Source: Chiloscyllium plagiosum | Taxonomy: Eukaryota | NCBI RefSeq assembly: GCF_004010195.1 | Contig: NC_057720.1 | Location: 9,341,164-9,405,163 of the forward strand | DNA length: 64,000 nucleotides | Direction: 5' to 3' | Shown: one piece after another, positions 13,341 through 24,150 of the stretch | How positions within the stretch are numbered: the first letter of the stretch is position 1 | Layout: each line of letters starts with the position of its first letter | The notes under the pieces: model-generated | Database searches by the model: none | What the model saw: only the letters and a program-made list of their open reading frames with translations | Told to the model about the DNA's origin: nothing | Made by a program: the position numbers and the translations under genes

Positions 13341-14219
13341 CTAGTGATTCCAGAGCTTTGTGGCTGGCACACAATAAAAACTGTGAACAATAAAGGATGC
13401 GTAATAAATGCTGGCTTGGACATAATGCCCATATCCCCCCATTGATTTTAAAAAGTCAATGGTCAGATATGCTTTCACCAATTAGTTTATCCTGATTGAT
13501 AGCAGAACAACGGAGAACTAGATATTGAGAAGAGGCAGAGGGGCATCAATATTCTCAATGATGCAAGATACCACGAGCTTTGTTACAGTCAGTCTCAGAA
13601 TGATGAGATTCATTGCATTAATAGGGCTTAGTGAGTGCAGATGGTTTCCCCCAGGGCTCAGCTTTCCTCTGCTCTGTTGTATGAACCCCCTTGGTTTGCA
13701 AGTTAGAAGGAGGAATATTAAAGATTGCACAGCACAGTTTGATATACCTGACACGGTTGAATAGTGAGGTAGATCCTGTAAATCCTCTGCATCCACACGC
13801 GAATTTATCTATCTGGACCAAAAAATAAGTAGCAACAAAATTCAATACCTGTGGGCAAACTTGCATGTCCACGATTTTTTTTTAAACCTGTACTTTTTTC
13901 ACAAGTTCCACACTAGCAGATTTCATTATTCACAGGGATTCTCAGGAACAGAACCCTCATGGATATGGAGGAATGACTGCACATGGAGATAGGGTGAGGC
14001 TGGTATCATTAGTACGTGGGTGACACCGAGTTGGAGCATCTGGGTGTTAGATGTGAATCCTAAGGAGCAGAGAGCACAGCTGAGGGAATGATGTGGGTTC
14101 GGAACATTCACATGAAGTTACACTCTTTTGATCTTGACCATCCTCTATGAGAGCATTATGGAATTGTTTTCACGTTCTCAGAGTGTGTCTCCTTGCATCG
14201 ATCTCCCAGGAATAACCAA

Positions 14220-14505
14220 GGTCTTTTTCACAGGGTAGGAGCATTCAAAACCAGAGAGCATAATGTTTAGGTGAGAGAGAGAAAAGATTTAATTTTTCAC
14301 CCAGATTGGGTTCGTGTATACAGTGTACTGGCAGAAGAAGTGGTAGAGGCTGGTACAATTACAATAATTAAAAGACATTTGGACAGGTACATGAATAGGA
14401 AAGGTTTAGATGGATATGGACCAGATGAGGAAGGGAGGGCTAGTTTAGCTGAGGAAATTTGGTCAGCATGGACAGGTTGAACTGAAGGATCTGTTTCTGT
14501 GCTCT
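14220..14505 (+). mobile_element. CR1 LINE 3' end
   Basis: Peptide EEVVEAGTITIIKRHLDRYMNRKGLDGYGP. Confidence 0.8.
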
Positions 14506-17154
14506 TGGTCTCTCATGAAAACTCAGACTCTCTCCTCCTGCCATGTGAACCACTCCAACCTTCAGAACTATCTCCAAGAATCTAGGAACTCTGTCTCCTC
14601 CCTGGTGTGGTTCATACATACTACCAGTCCACACAGCCAGGAACAAATCTTTTCCACTGACTGCTGCTGCCCTTGAAGAGGGATAGACTACCTTTAAGAA
14701 GGGTAGGCTGCCTATGCTTTGTCTGATCAGCACTTGATGCTCAGACCCTGCTCGGAACATTGGCCACATGCAGACCGGAGTAAGCAGATGTTAGCTTTAG
14801 GATTTACTGCTTATTGTAAATACTGCTTATTACACTGCATGTAAGGAATGTGGTACAGGCAGCATGATGACATTATTGTGTTCGTCAAGGCAGAACCTGG
14901 TTGCAATATAAATGCTCAGAGGGGGGATACTTCTGTTGGATTTCAATGCAATTTGCATGTCAACACTCTCTGGCACGAATCAATCATGCCCCATTCTGTA
15001 ATTGAACAGTTCAGACGAGCAAAAAGAAATGCGCAGTGCAGTCACTTTGCTTTCTCTCTTCTCAGGCCTGTAATGTTGAGGCCCAAACTGCACCAACGAG
15101 CCCTCCGAGAACAGAGCACATCTGTTAACAATCGCAGACTGAAATGATTAAGGCAATGATTAAATGAGGCATTTTGTGTATTTTTGGATTTCACTCCATC
15201 ACAGTGAGATGAAAGAAGTATTAATAAGAAACTGTCAGAGTGCAGACTTTGCTGTAGAATCGGTACAGGGAATTAAGGGCAGTGTTCACTTCTTCATGTC
15301 AAAATCGCTTGAACCCAATAGGTTCTCACCCCGCTACAAAAATATGAATGTTTTTATTGATGTGATGGTGTAACCAGTGGTTCACATTTTCCAAGCTCCA
15401 GTCCTGCCAACTCATGTTTCCACTTTAATGTTCCAACCTTTGCTTCGCTCTGCCTTGTTTTTATGACCTCTTCATACCACAGTGGTGGGAAGAGGGAGTC
15501 ATCGGAAAATGTGGTGTGCGTGTCACTTTAATCCAGCTCTGAAGGAAATTCCCGGGTCAAGCAAGGGAGCAGCAAACTGAAAGAAAAACAGCAAGAACGA
15601 ATTTGCTCTCAGGTAGGGGTACAAATTCATCTTCTGTGTTCACACATGCTGAAGGTCACTGGCTGCTGGACGAGACTCCCTCCCCCAGAATTATTCAATT
15701 CTGTTGAATTCCATTTTGAGACAGATTCCTCACCTTCCCCCAGGGAGTCTCCCGCTTGCTCAGGACTTCCCTGAAACACTTTCCAAGCAATGAGTCTTCC
15801 TCTTGTCCTGGAGGCAACAAGAAATATGCCACTGGTGCACAGCAAGATCCCATGAGCAGCACTGAGAGAAGTAGCCTTCAGTGCCTTTGACTGAGCAGTT
15901 TGTTCCTGGCCAGGACATTTGGTCACTCTTCACGTTGTGCATCACAATCTACCATGGTGAACTGCAGGAAGCTCAGTTCAAAGTCTTACCATCCGAGACA
16001 TGGTGGTACGGATGGAGAACAGGCTTGGACTGTGTTTCAGACAAATACGAAGCAATTGCAATCTGAAGATATGAGTATTACAGGCAGGGAAAGTTAAACT
16101 GATCGACAAAACCCTCCATGATGTGAAGAGCATCACAATAGGCCAGTTCTTAGCCGCATCCCATTTTGCCACAATACCCCCCCCCCCACCCCCCACATCC
16201 GGTCTGACTTGAGCAATGGTGAGAAAGGTGGGGATAAAAATCAGAAGCTCAGTGCTGAAAAATTGTTTGCTATTTACCCCTCACTTCTTAAGTTGTGGCA
16301 TCAGAATCTGGCTATTGATTGGTGACTCTCTTACTTCCATGTGCTTACATCTTGGTAAAGGTCCAACATGTCACACTGATACGTCACTGCCAATTCTCCT
16401 CTCCTTCCTGAGGAATGAGGCAAAACAAATTCAGTGGCTCACAGCGCCAGGGACCTGGGTTCAATTACACCCTTGAGCTACGGAGTTATATCCCCACCTT
16501 TCTCCCCATGACTGGTTTCCTCTCTCAGTTCAAAGATGTGCAGGTTAGCTGGATTAGCCATGCTACATTGCCCATAGTGTCCAGGGATATATAGATTGGG
16601 TGAATTAGCCGTGGGAAATATGGGAGTGGGGTGGACCTGGATGGGATGCGTTTTGAAGGGTTGGTGTGGACTCGATGGGCTGAATGGCCTGCATCTACAC
16701 TGTAGAGATTCTATGAAAGTCCTGATGTGCGGATTACAGCAGGTACTTGAGTGGGTGCCGCTAACTGAATGGTTGTCCCAGTCCACCTTCACAATAATGG
16801 TGCTCCATGGCCATGATAATCCTTGCCTCCTTGACCATACTGATGGGCATTACCAAACCACCAGCCTCAACTACCTTCCCAGGTGGCTGACTCCAGATTC
16901 TCAGAAAGGTTTTCCCTGTAAATCTCCCATCTTTCATCTTAAAATCACCCTGTCCATGCTCCTCATAATCATATACAACTCAATCAGGTCCCCCTTCAAA
17001 CTTCTCCACTCCAAGAAAGCAATCCACATATATCCCCAACCTCTCTTCATAGTTAATGTGCTCAAATCCTTGTGATAGTGCAGTGACCAGAACTACACAT
17101 ACTAATCCAGCTGTGACCTAAACAAAGCCCTGTACAGCTCCAACATAACTTTTT

Positions 17155-17460
17155 TGATTAGATTCCCTGCAGTACGGAAACAGGAAATTTGGCCCAACAA
17201 GTCCACACCGACCCTCTGTAGAGTAACCCACCCAGACTCATTCCCCTACCCTACATTTAACCCTGACTATTACCCCGAACACTATGGGCAATTTAGCGTG
17301 GCCAATTCACCTGGCCTGCATATCTTGGATTGTGGGAGGAAACCCACACAGACACAGAGAGAACGTGCAAACTCCACATAGAAAGTTGCCCGAGGCAGGA
17401 ATTGAACACAGGTCCCAGGCGCTGTGAGGCAGCAGTGCTAACCACTGAGCCACCATGCTG
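17155..17460 (-). mobile_element. HE1-type V-SINE
   Basis: Reverse complement head CAGCATGGTGGCTCAGTGGTTAGCACTGCTGCCTCACAGCGCC, plus V core. Confidence 0.88.
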
Positions 17461-17924
17461 CTTGCATATGAAATTCCTGGCTTTTCTAATCTATGCCACA
17501 ACTGAATGCAGCAAGTGTCCCTTTTCTCTTCTTAAACCCCCTACTAACCTGTCCTGCCACCTTCAGGGATCTGTAGACAAGCACCATAAAGATTCCTCTG
17601 TGTTTCCTAGTGTCCTGCATTTATTGAGTAACCCCTGTCTTGTTGCTTCATCCAAAATGCATTGCCTCACATTTATTAAGGTTAAATTCGATGTAGTACT
17701 GATCACCCCTAACTAGGGGTCACAGTCTAGGCATCTGAGGTAAACTATTTAGGATTGAGAAGAGGAGAAATTTCTTCACCCATAGAGTGTTGAGCCTGTG
17801 GAATTCACTAACAAGGAAAGCAGTTATGGTCAAGTTATTGTGTTATTTCAAGAAAGAGTTGGATATTGCACTTGACACTAAAGGGACCAAAACATATGAG
17901 GAAAAAAACAGGAACAGGCTATTA

Positions 17925-18513
17925 GATTAGATTACCTACAGTGTGGAAACCGGTCATTTGGCCCAACAAGCCCATATCGACCTTTCAAAGAGTAACCCAT
18001 CCAGACCCATTTCCCTCTTCTATATTTACCCCGACTAATGTACCTAACCTGTTCAATTCCCGCCTCAGGCGACTGACTGTGTGGAGTTTGCACGTTCTCC
18101 CTGTGTCTGCGTGGGTTTCCTCCGGGTGCTCCGGTTTCCTCCCACAGTCCAAAGATGTGCAGGTCAGGTGAATTGGCCATGCTAAATTGCCCGTAGTGTT
18201 AGGTAAGGGGTAAATGTAGGGGTATGGGTGGGTTGCGCTTCGGCGGGTCGGTGTGGACTTGTTGAGCCGGAGGGCCTGTTTCCATGCTGTAATGTAATCT
18301 AAAATCTAATCTAACCTGATGGGACAATTTAGCATGATCAATTAACCTGGCCTGTACATCTTTGGAATGTGGGAGGAAATCAGAGCACCCAGAAGAAAAC
18401 CACACAGGCACGGGACAAATGTGCAAACTCCACACAGTCACCCAAGGGTGGGATCGAACCCAGGTCCCTGGTCCTGTGAGGCAGCAGTGTTAACCACTGA
18501 GCCACTGTGCCAC
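17925..18513. mobile_element. HE1 SINE (-) containing a second, 5'-truncated HE1 SINE (+, 18052-18310), inside a CR1 3' end
   Basis: TSD CTAACCTG at 18044-18051 and 18311-18318. CR1 tail sequence lies at ~17705-17924 and resumes at ~18515. Confidence 0.85.
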
Positions 18514-20559
18514 CCTATTGAGTTGGATAATGATCCATGATCATACTGAATGGTGGAGCAGGCTCGAAGGGCCAAATGGCCTCCTCTTACTCTTATTTTC
18601 TATCGACCTAATGTCCTCGGTGATAATGTGAGAGCCATTGATGAGTACAACACCTAAAGTGATGTGCGATTGGACACTAATTATGGCACCATCCATGTGA
18701 AATTAGAAAGTCCTGGCAGTGGGGAGGACATCCCCCTCTTTGCCTATAGAAGCCTCGATCCTGGTGAGGTGAGTACTGGGGGGAGATGAAGAGTGAAGGA
18801 TTATGTGCAAAAAGTCATTGCAGGGCCAGGGCAGACTGGACAGAATGATCCTGACTCAATGAAACACAACAGCATCCCAACCACAATCTCTGGGGGGAAC
18901 TAATAAAGACAGAGAGAAAAAAAACTAATAAAGGACACTATACTCAGCCAAATTCCTTCTTGACCCACTTAAAGCAACAAAAAACAAACTATATTTTACA
19001 TATACATACAAAACTATTTGATATCTCAGGGTAAAGCGTTGTATATGATGCAATCTATGCCCTGGTCAATAACTGTCTGGATTCCTCTTGTCAGGAACTG
19101 ACCAATACCTCAGCAGCCAAAGGTGATGTCGGACTCTTAATTGGCTAGTACAGGCACAGTGGAACAAATGGCCTCCTTCAGTGCTGAAACTTTTACTATA
19201 CCTTTCTATTGTTCTTCAGTGCAAGGAATGGAGTCTGGTTTCTATGTTTAAATGCCAGGTTTGGTCTCAGGCAGATTTCTGGGTGTAACTGGGGAGCTGG
19301 CAAAAGCATGGTCTTTTTCTGTGCTTGTTTCCCTATGATTCTCTAAGTGTGGCCAGTGGCAAGTCTGCAGAACATTGTCTGCAAACAGGAACAAAACTGC
19401 AGAGGATGTCAGCTCTGGACAGGGACATCAGAAAAGTATTTTGCATAATTCTAAATTTATCGCCTGCCTCTTTGACCCTGAATGACCTTATGGTCAGCAA
19501 GAAAGGTTTCCAATTCCCTGCTTTGCTATTAAGCGATTGTTTTTTTTATTAAAATATAGAAACTTCTCCCCCTTCCTCCTGGTGATAAATCATCTGAAGC
19601 AGCTAGGAGGAAGAAGTTTTAAACTATGGAGGAAAATAATTAATTCCCCAATGGCAAATAAAGCAGTTTTCTACAATATTCAGCAGATGTCCCCTTTTTT
19701 TTTAACATAGAAATGAAGAGAATGCAGCCCTTGTTCTCAGCATGGATTCTGAAGTACCAGCTAATGCATATTTGTCAGGGAAGACTCAGCCAATCCGTGT
19801 CAGAGAGTTGCCAGTTCAAACCCTGTCCTGGAGCTGAAAGTAGACTGTCGTTTCGGTGTCAGGACTGAGGGAGTTCTGCTTTGTCAGCGGTGTGGACTTT
19901 CAGTCGAGACGGTAAATCAAGGCAAATAATTGCAGATGTGCCTTGATTTCATTCAGCTGAGAGTTTTATCCCTGTCCCTATTAATTGAGCATTCGAATGC
20001 TCTCTCTGCTTCAAGCAGTTGAGGGAAAAATAACATCATCTTTGATTTAAATGAACGAAAGGTCTGAAAGTCAGTAGTGAAAATGGACTCAGCTAAATTG
20101 GCAGCAAGTAGTCTTTTCCCAATAATGTATCAAATCATCACCATCAATTTTCCTGAATAATATTGTGCTGCAAAATGAACTGTGATTATTTCAAGGGCCC
20201 AGCAGCAAGGCACACTATTAAAGCAATACAGAGAAAGCTGTGTAAATATAAGTAGGCAGGACTCTCCTTTTATTTTTGTCAGTTACCTGCAGCTAATGCT
20301 TTCAGCTCATTGATTATCCCTTAAGTGAGTGCCTGGCGCCAGAACCTTTTAATACTGACGTCGGAAATTTCTTTTAAGCATTATCTTTCTTAAAGGGTTT
20401 TAATCGACCCTGACCAGTGTGCACAGCAGCTGACATCTTACTTAGTTGAAAAAGACTGCTTGGTTTATTCCTCACCAGTCTTAGGCGGTAATGGAATCCT
20501 CGCTGTGATCTATTAGCAGAAAGGTCCATCAAAGTTCACAGAGAAAGAATGTGTTTATT

Positions 20560-20915
20560 TGCGCATGGGATGTGGGCGTCACTGGCTGGGCTGGCATTTA
20601 TTGCCCACCTCTAATTTCCCCCGGACCTGAATGACTTGCCATGACCATTTCAGAGAGCAGTTTAAATTCAACCCCATTTCTGTGGGCTTTGAAGCAGGTG
20701 TAGACCAGACCAGGTGAATGTGACAGATTTCCCTCACTAAGGGGCATTAATGAAACAGATGGATTTCTACTCCAATTGACAGTGTTTGCATGCTCACCTC
20801 GAGGCCAGCTTTCTGTTAATTCCAGATTTTTATTGAATGTAAATTTCACCATCTGCCACATTGGGATTTGAACCTGGAATATTAGCCCAGTGATATATCT
20901 GTTATGGCACTGCCT
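20560..20915 (-). mobile_element. tRNA-derived SINE, family B
   Basis: Starts with the reverse-complement tail GGGATGTGGGCGTCACTGGCTGGGCTGGCATTTATTGCCCA. B box at ~20862-20875. Confidence 0.7.
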
Positions 20916-21269
20916 CTTCCATATGTACTCAAAAGTACAAGAAATAGGACCAGGAAATCACATACTTCCTTCCTCAGATGTGCTCCACCATGGCTGATCT
21001 CAACTTCACATTCCTGTCTGTTTTCGATATCCATTGATTCCCAGAGAACCCAGGAAACTGCCTATCTTTGTCTCAAATGCATTCAATGATGGAGCATCAA
21101 GAAGCCTCCGGGATTGAGAATTCCCAATCCTTTGAGTGACGAAATTTCTCCTCATCTCAACCCTAAATGATCAGCCCTTTATTCTAAGATTGTGCACTTT
21201 GTTTTAGATTCATCAATGAGCAATAACAACCTCTCTGAGCTACCCTGTTAATTCCCCTCCCCAACTCTT

Positions 21270-21384
21270 TTATATATATATATATCATATATGTATATAT
21301 ATGTGTGTGTGTGCATATATATATGTGTATGTATGTGTGTGTGTGTATATATATGTGCATGTATATATATATATATATATATAT
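21270..21384. repeat. Compound (TA)n/(TG)n microsatellite
   Basis: Direct inspection. Confidence 0.95.
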
Positions 21385-21895
21385 CTCAGCTCTCATTCTC
21401 CTAAACTCCAGAGAATATATATCTAATTTACACGTTCACTCAAAATTTTACCATGCTCTCATCCCTGTGAACTTCACTGTATCTCCTGTAATGCAAGTAG
21501 CACCTTCCCTTAATTGGGAGATGGACAGATACTGTGAACATTTCTCTGTTTGTATCCAAGGCGAATAGAAAGCTAATAGCACACATAAAAGATTTTGACA
21601 ACTAAGTGTTTGTGGGATTTACGAACCATTTTTAATAAAGTTATAAGCATTGAACCAGGGGCAACTCCAGCCATACCAATATTTCAGAACAGAGAAAAAA
21701 GGGAGTCAAGGTATTTGGGAACAAGGTGAGGAGGAATCACATGCCATTAGTTCTACTGCTTCTGTTGGGGGTAAGCACTGAATGTAAGTTGGCCTTCTTT
21801 CCATGTTGTAATTTTTATGTCATTCTGCCATGATTGATGCAGCATTCAATTGTTCTGTATTTGATTACATGAGTCTAGTAACTGATCTGTGTTCA

Positions 21896-22093
21896 AGTTC
21901 TAGATTAGAGTGGTGCTGGAAAAGCACAGCAGGTCAGGCAGCATCCGAGGAGCAGGAAAATCGACATTTCAGGCGGCTTTTGTCCGAAACGTCGATTTTC
22001 CTGCTCCTCGGATGCTGCCTGACCTGCTGTGCTTTTCCAGCACCACTCTAATCTTGACTCTAATCTCCAGCATCTGCAGCCCTCACTTTCATC
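21896..22093. mobile_element. Palindromic PLE-terminus element with TSD CTGTGTTCA
   Basis: Arms AGATTAGAGTGGTGCTGGAAAAGCACAGCAGG and CCTGCTGTGCTTTTCCAGCACCACTCTAATCT. CTGTGTTCA on both flanks. Confidence 0.85.
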
Positions 22094-22304
22094 CTGTGTT
22101 CACGATGCTCAGTTGGTTACATCTGGTTGTTGACTCTGAGATAAGTAAACTGAAGTTACTCGAAGTTTATTTATCTCAGCTAAAACATGCTCTCGAATTC
22201 TAGTACAGTGATTGGAACGAGGACTAAATGGATCTTATTGACTATGAGATCTCCTCAATTGGGGTTGTTAACCTGGGCCAATTAGGGAGCCCTGGCTGAC
22301 AGAT

Positions 22305-23922
22305 ATAAACAGGAGTTCATGCCTGGTGGTGGAAATTGAATAAAGATTTGTGCACTTTGTGTCTTCCACTGTGTCTCACACCTGCATACACACACCATGG
22401 GTGCTGGGGAAAAAAAATAATAAGCACTACTGCACTTAAAAAAAAAGAAGAAAAGAAAGGAGTGTTCACAAAAAAAAATAAACAGGAGTTCTATTTTGAT
22501 TTAGTCCCTACCCTCCCTCTCACTGTTTTGATCACACAGCACTGTCCTTTCATGTGAAGGGCAGTGTTCGTCACAGGCCACCTGGTGTTTTCCTATCTTC
22601 CTGTTGGTGGAATTTGAATAAAGATTCGTGCACTTTGTGTCTTTCACTGTGTCTCACACCTGCACACACACACCTTTCAACTTTGATCTCCAGCATCTGC
22701 AGACCTCACTTTCTCCTTGTTAACCTGGGCCAATCAGGGAGCCCTGGCTGACAGATATAAACAGGAGTTACAGCTGTCAATGTTTTTTTGTAAACTGTTT
22801 TGTAATTTGTTTAATAAAATTAAAAAAAAAATAAATAAACAGGAGTTCATGCCTGGTGGTGGAAATTGAATAAAGATTTGTGCACTTTGTGTCTTTCACT
22901 GTGTCTCACACCTGCACACACACACCATGGGTGCTGTGGAAAAAAAATAATAAGCACTACTGCACTTAATAAAAAAGAAATAAAGAAAAAATAAAAAATA
23001 AAAAAAAAGAACAGGAGTGTTCACAAAAAAAAAGGAATACCAGTATAAGGGCAGTGTTTGTCACTGGCCACCCGGGTGTTTTCCTATCTTCCTGGTGGTG
23101 GAAATTGAATAAAGATTCGTGCACTTTGTGTCTTTCACTGTGTCTCACACCTGCACACACACACCATGGGTGTTGGGGAAAAAAAATAATAAGCACTACT
23201 GCACTTAAAAAAAAAAGAAGAAAAGAAAGAAAAAAAAAGAAAAAAAAATTAAAAAAAAGAACAGGAGTGTTCACAAAAAAAATAAACAGGAGTTCTATTT
23301 TGATTTAGTCCCTACCCTCCCTCTCACTGTTTTGATCACACAGCACTGTCCTTTCATGTGAAGGGCAGTGTTCGTCACAGGCCACCTGGTGTTTTCCTAT
23401 CTTCCTGTTGGTGGAATTTGAATAAAGATTCGTGCACTTTGTGTCTTTCACTGTGTCTCACACCTGCACACACACCATGGGTGAAAAAAAAAGAAAAAGA
23501 AAAAAAAATAAACAGGAGTTGGCACACCTGCACACACACACACCATGGGTGCTGGGGGGAAAAGAATGAGCACTACCGCACTAAAAAAATTAAAAAAAAA
23601 AAATAATAATAAACAGGAGATTACACAGCACTGCCCTTTGATGTGAAGGGCAGTGTTTGTCACTGGCCACCCGGGTGTTTTCCTATCTAAAAAAAAACAG
23701 GAGTTGGCACACCTGCACACACACACACCATGGGTGCTGGGGAAAAATAAGCACTACCGCAGTTAGGCAGTAGTGTGGAGGCCTAACTGCGGTAGTGCTT
23801 ATTTTTCCCCAGCACCCATGGTGTGTGTGTGGGAGTTAAATGGAGAAAAAAAAATAAACAGTAATGTTAAGGGCACTGCTTGTCACTAAAAAATAAAAAA
23901 ATAAAAAAAAATAAACAGGAGT
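22305..23922 (+). repeat. Array of poly(A)-tailed fragments separated by the motif (AT)AAACAGGAGT
   Basis: Motif at 22305, 22478, 22757, 22835, 23282, 23508 and 23911, with variants at 23009, 23259, 23609, 23695 and 23854. All but 22305 and 22757 follow an A-tract. Confidence 0.9.
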
Positions 23923-23924
23923 TG

Positions 23925-24150
23925 GGAGCGTGTTGCTGGAAAAGCACAGCAGATCAGGCAGCATCCGAGGAGCAGGAGAATTGATATTTTGAGCCGGAGC
24001 CCTTCATCCAGAATGAGCATTCCTGAAAAAGGGCTCAGTCCCAAAACATCGATTTTCCTGCTCCTTGGATGCTGCCTGACCTGCTATGCTTTTCCAGCAA
24101 CACACTCTCAACTCTGATCTCCAGCATCTGCAAACCTCACTGTCTCCTAG
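23925..24150. mobile_element. Palindromic PLE-terminus element
   Basis: GTGTTGCTGGAAAAGCACAGCAG and CTGCTATGCTTTTCCAGCAACAC arms, with two back-to-back degenerate hammerhead motifs. Confidence 0.8.

Noticed and set aside
13518..13872. Overlapping ORFs or a possible minus-strand exon
   Set aside because: Plausible splice dinucleotides, but no recognisable protein similarity.
15627..16196. Cluster of 60-99 aa ORFs in non-repeat DNA
   Set aside because: No recognisable domain; lengths are compatible with chance.
22305..23922. True CRISPR array or simple satellite
   Set aside because: The repeat is only 10-12 bp, the spacers are homologous to each other, A-tailed and of very unequal length, and there is no fixed period.
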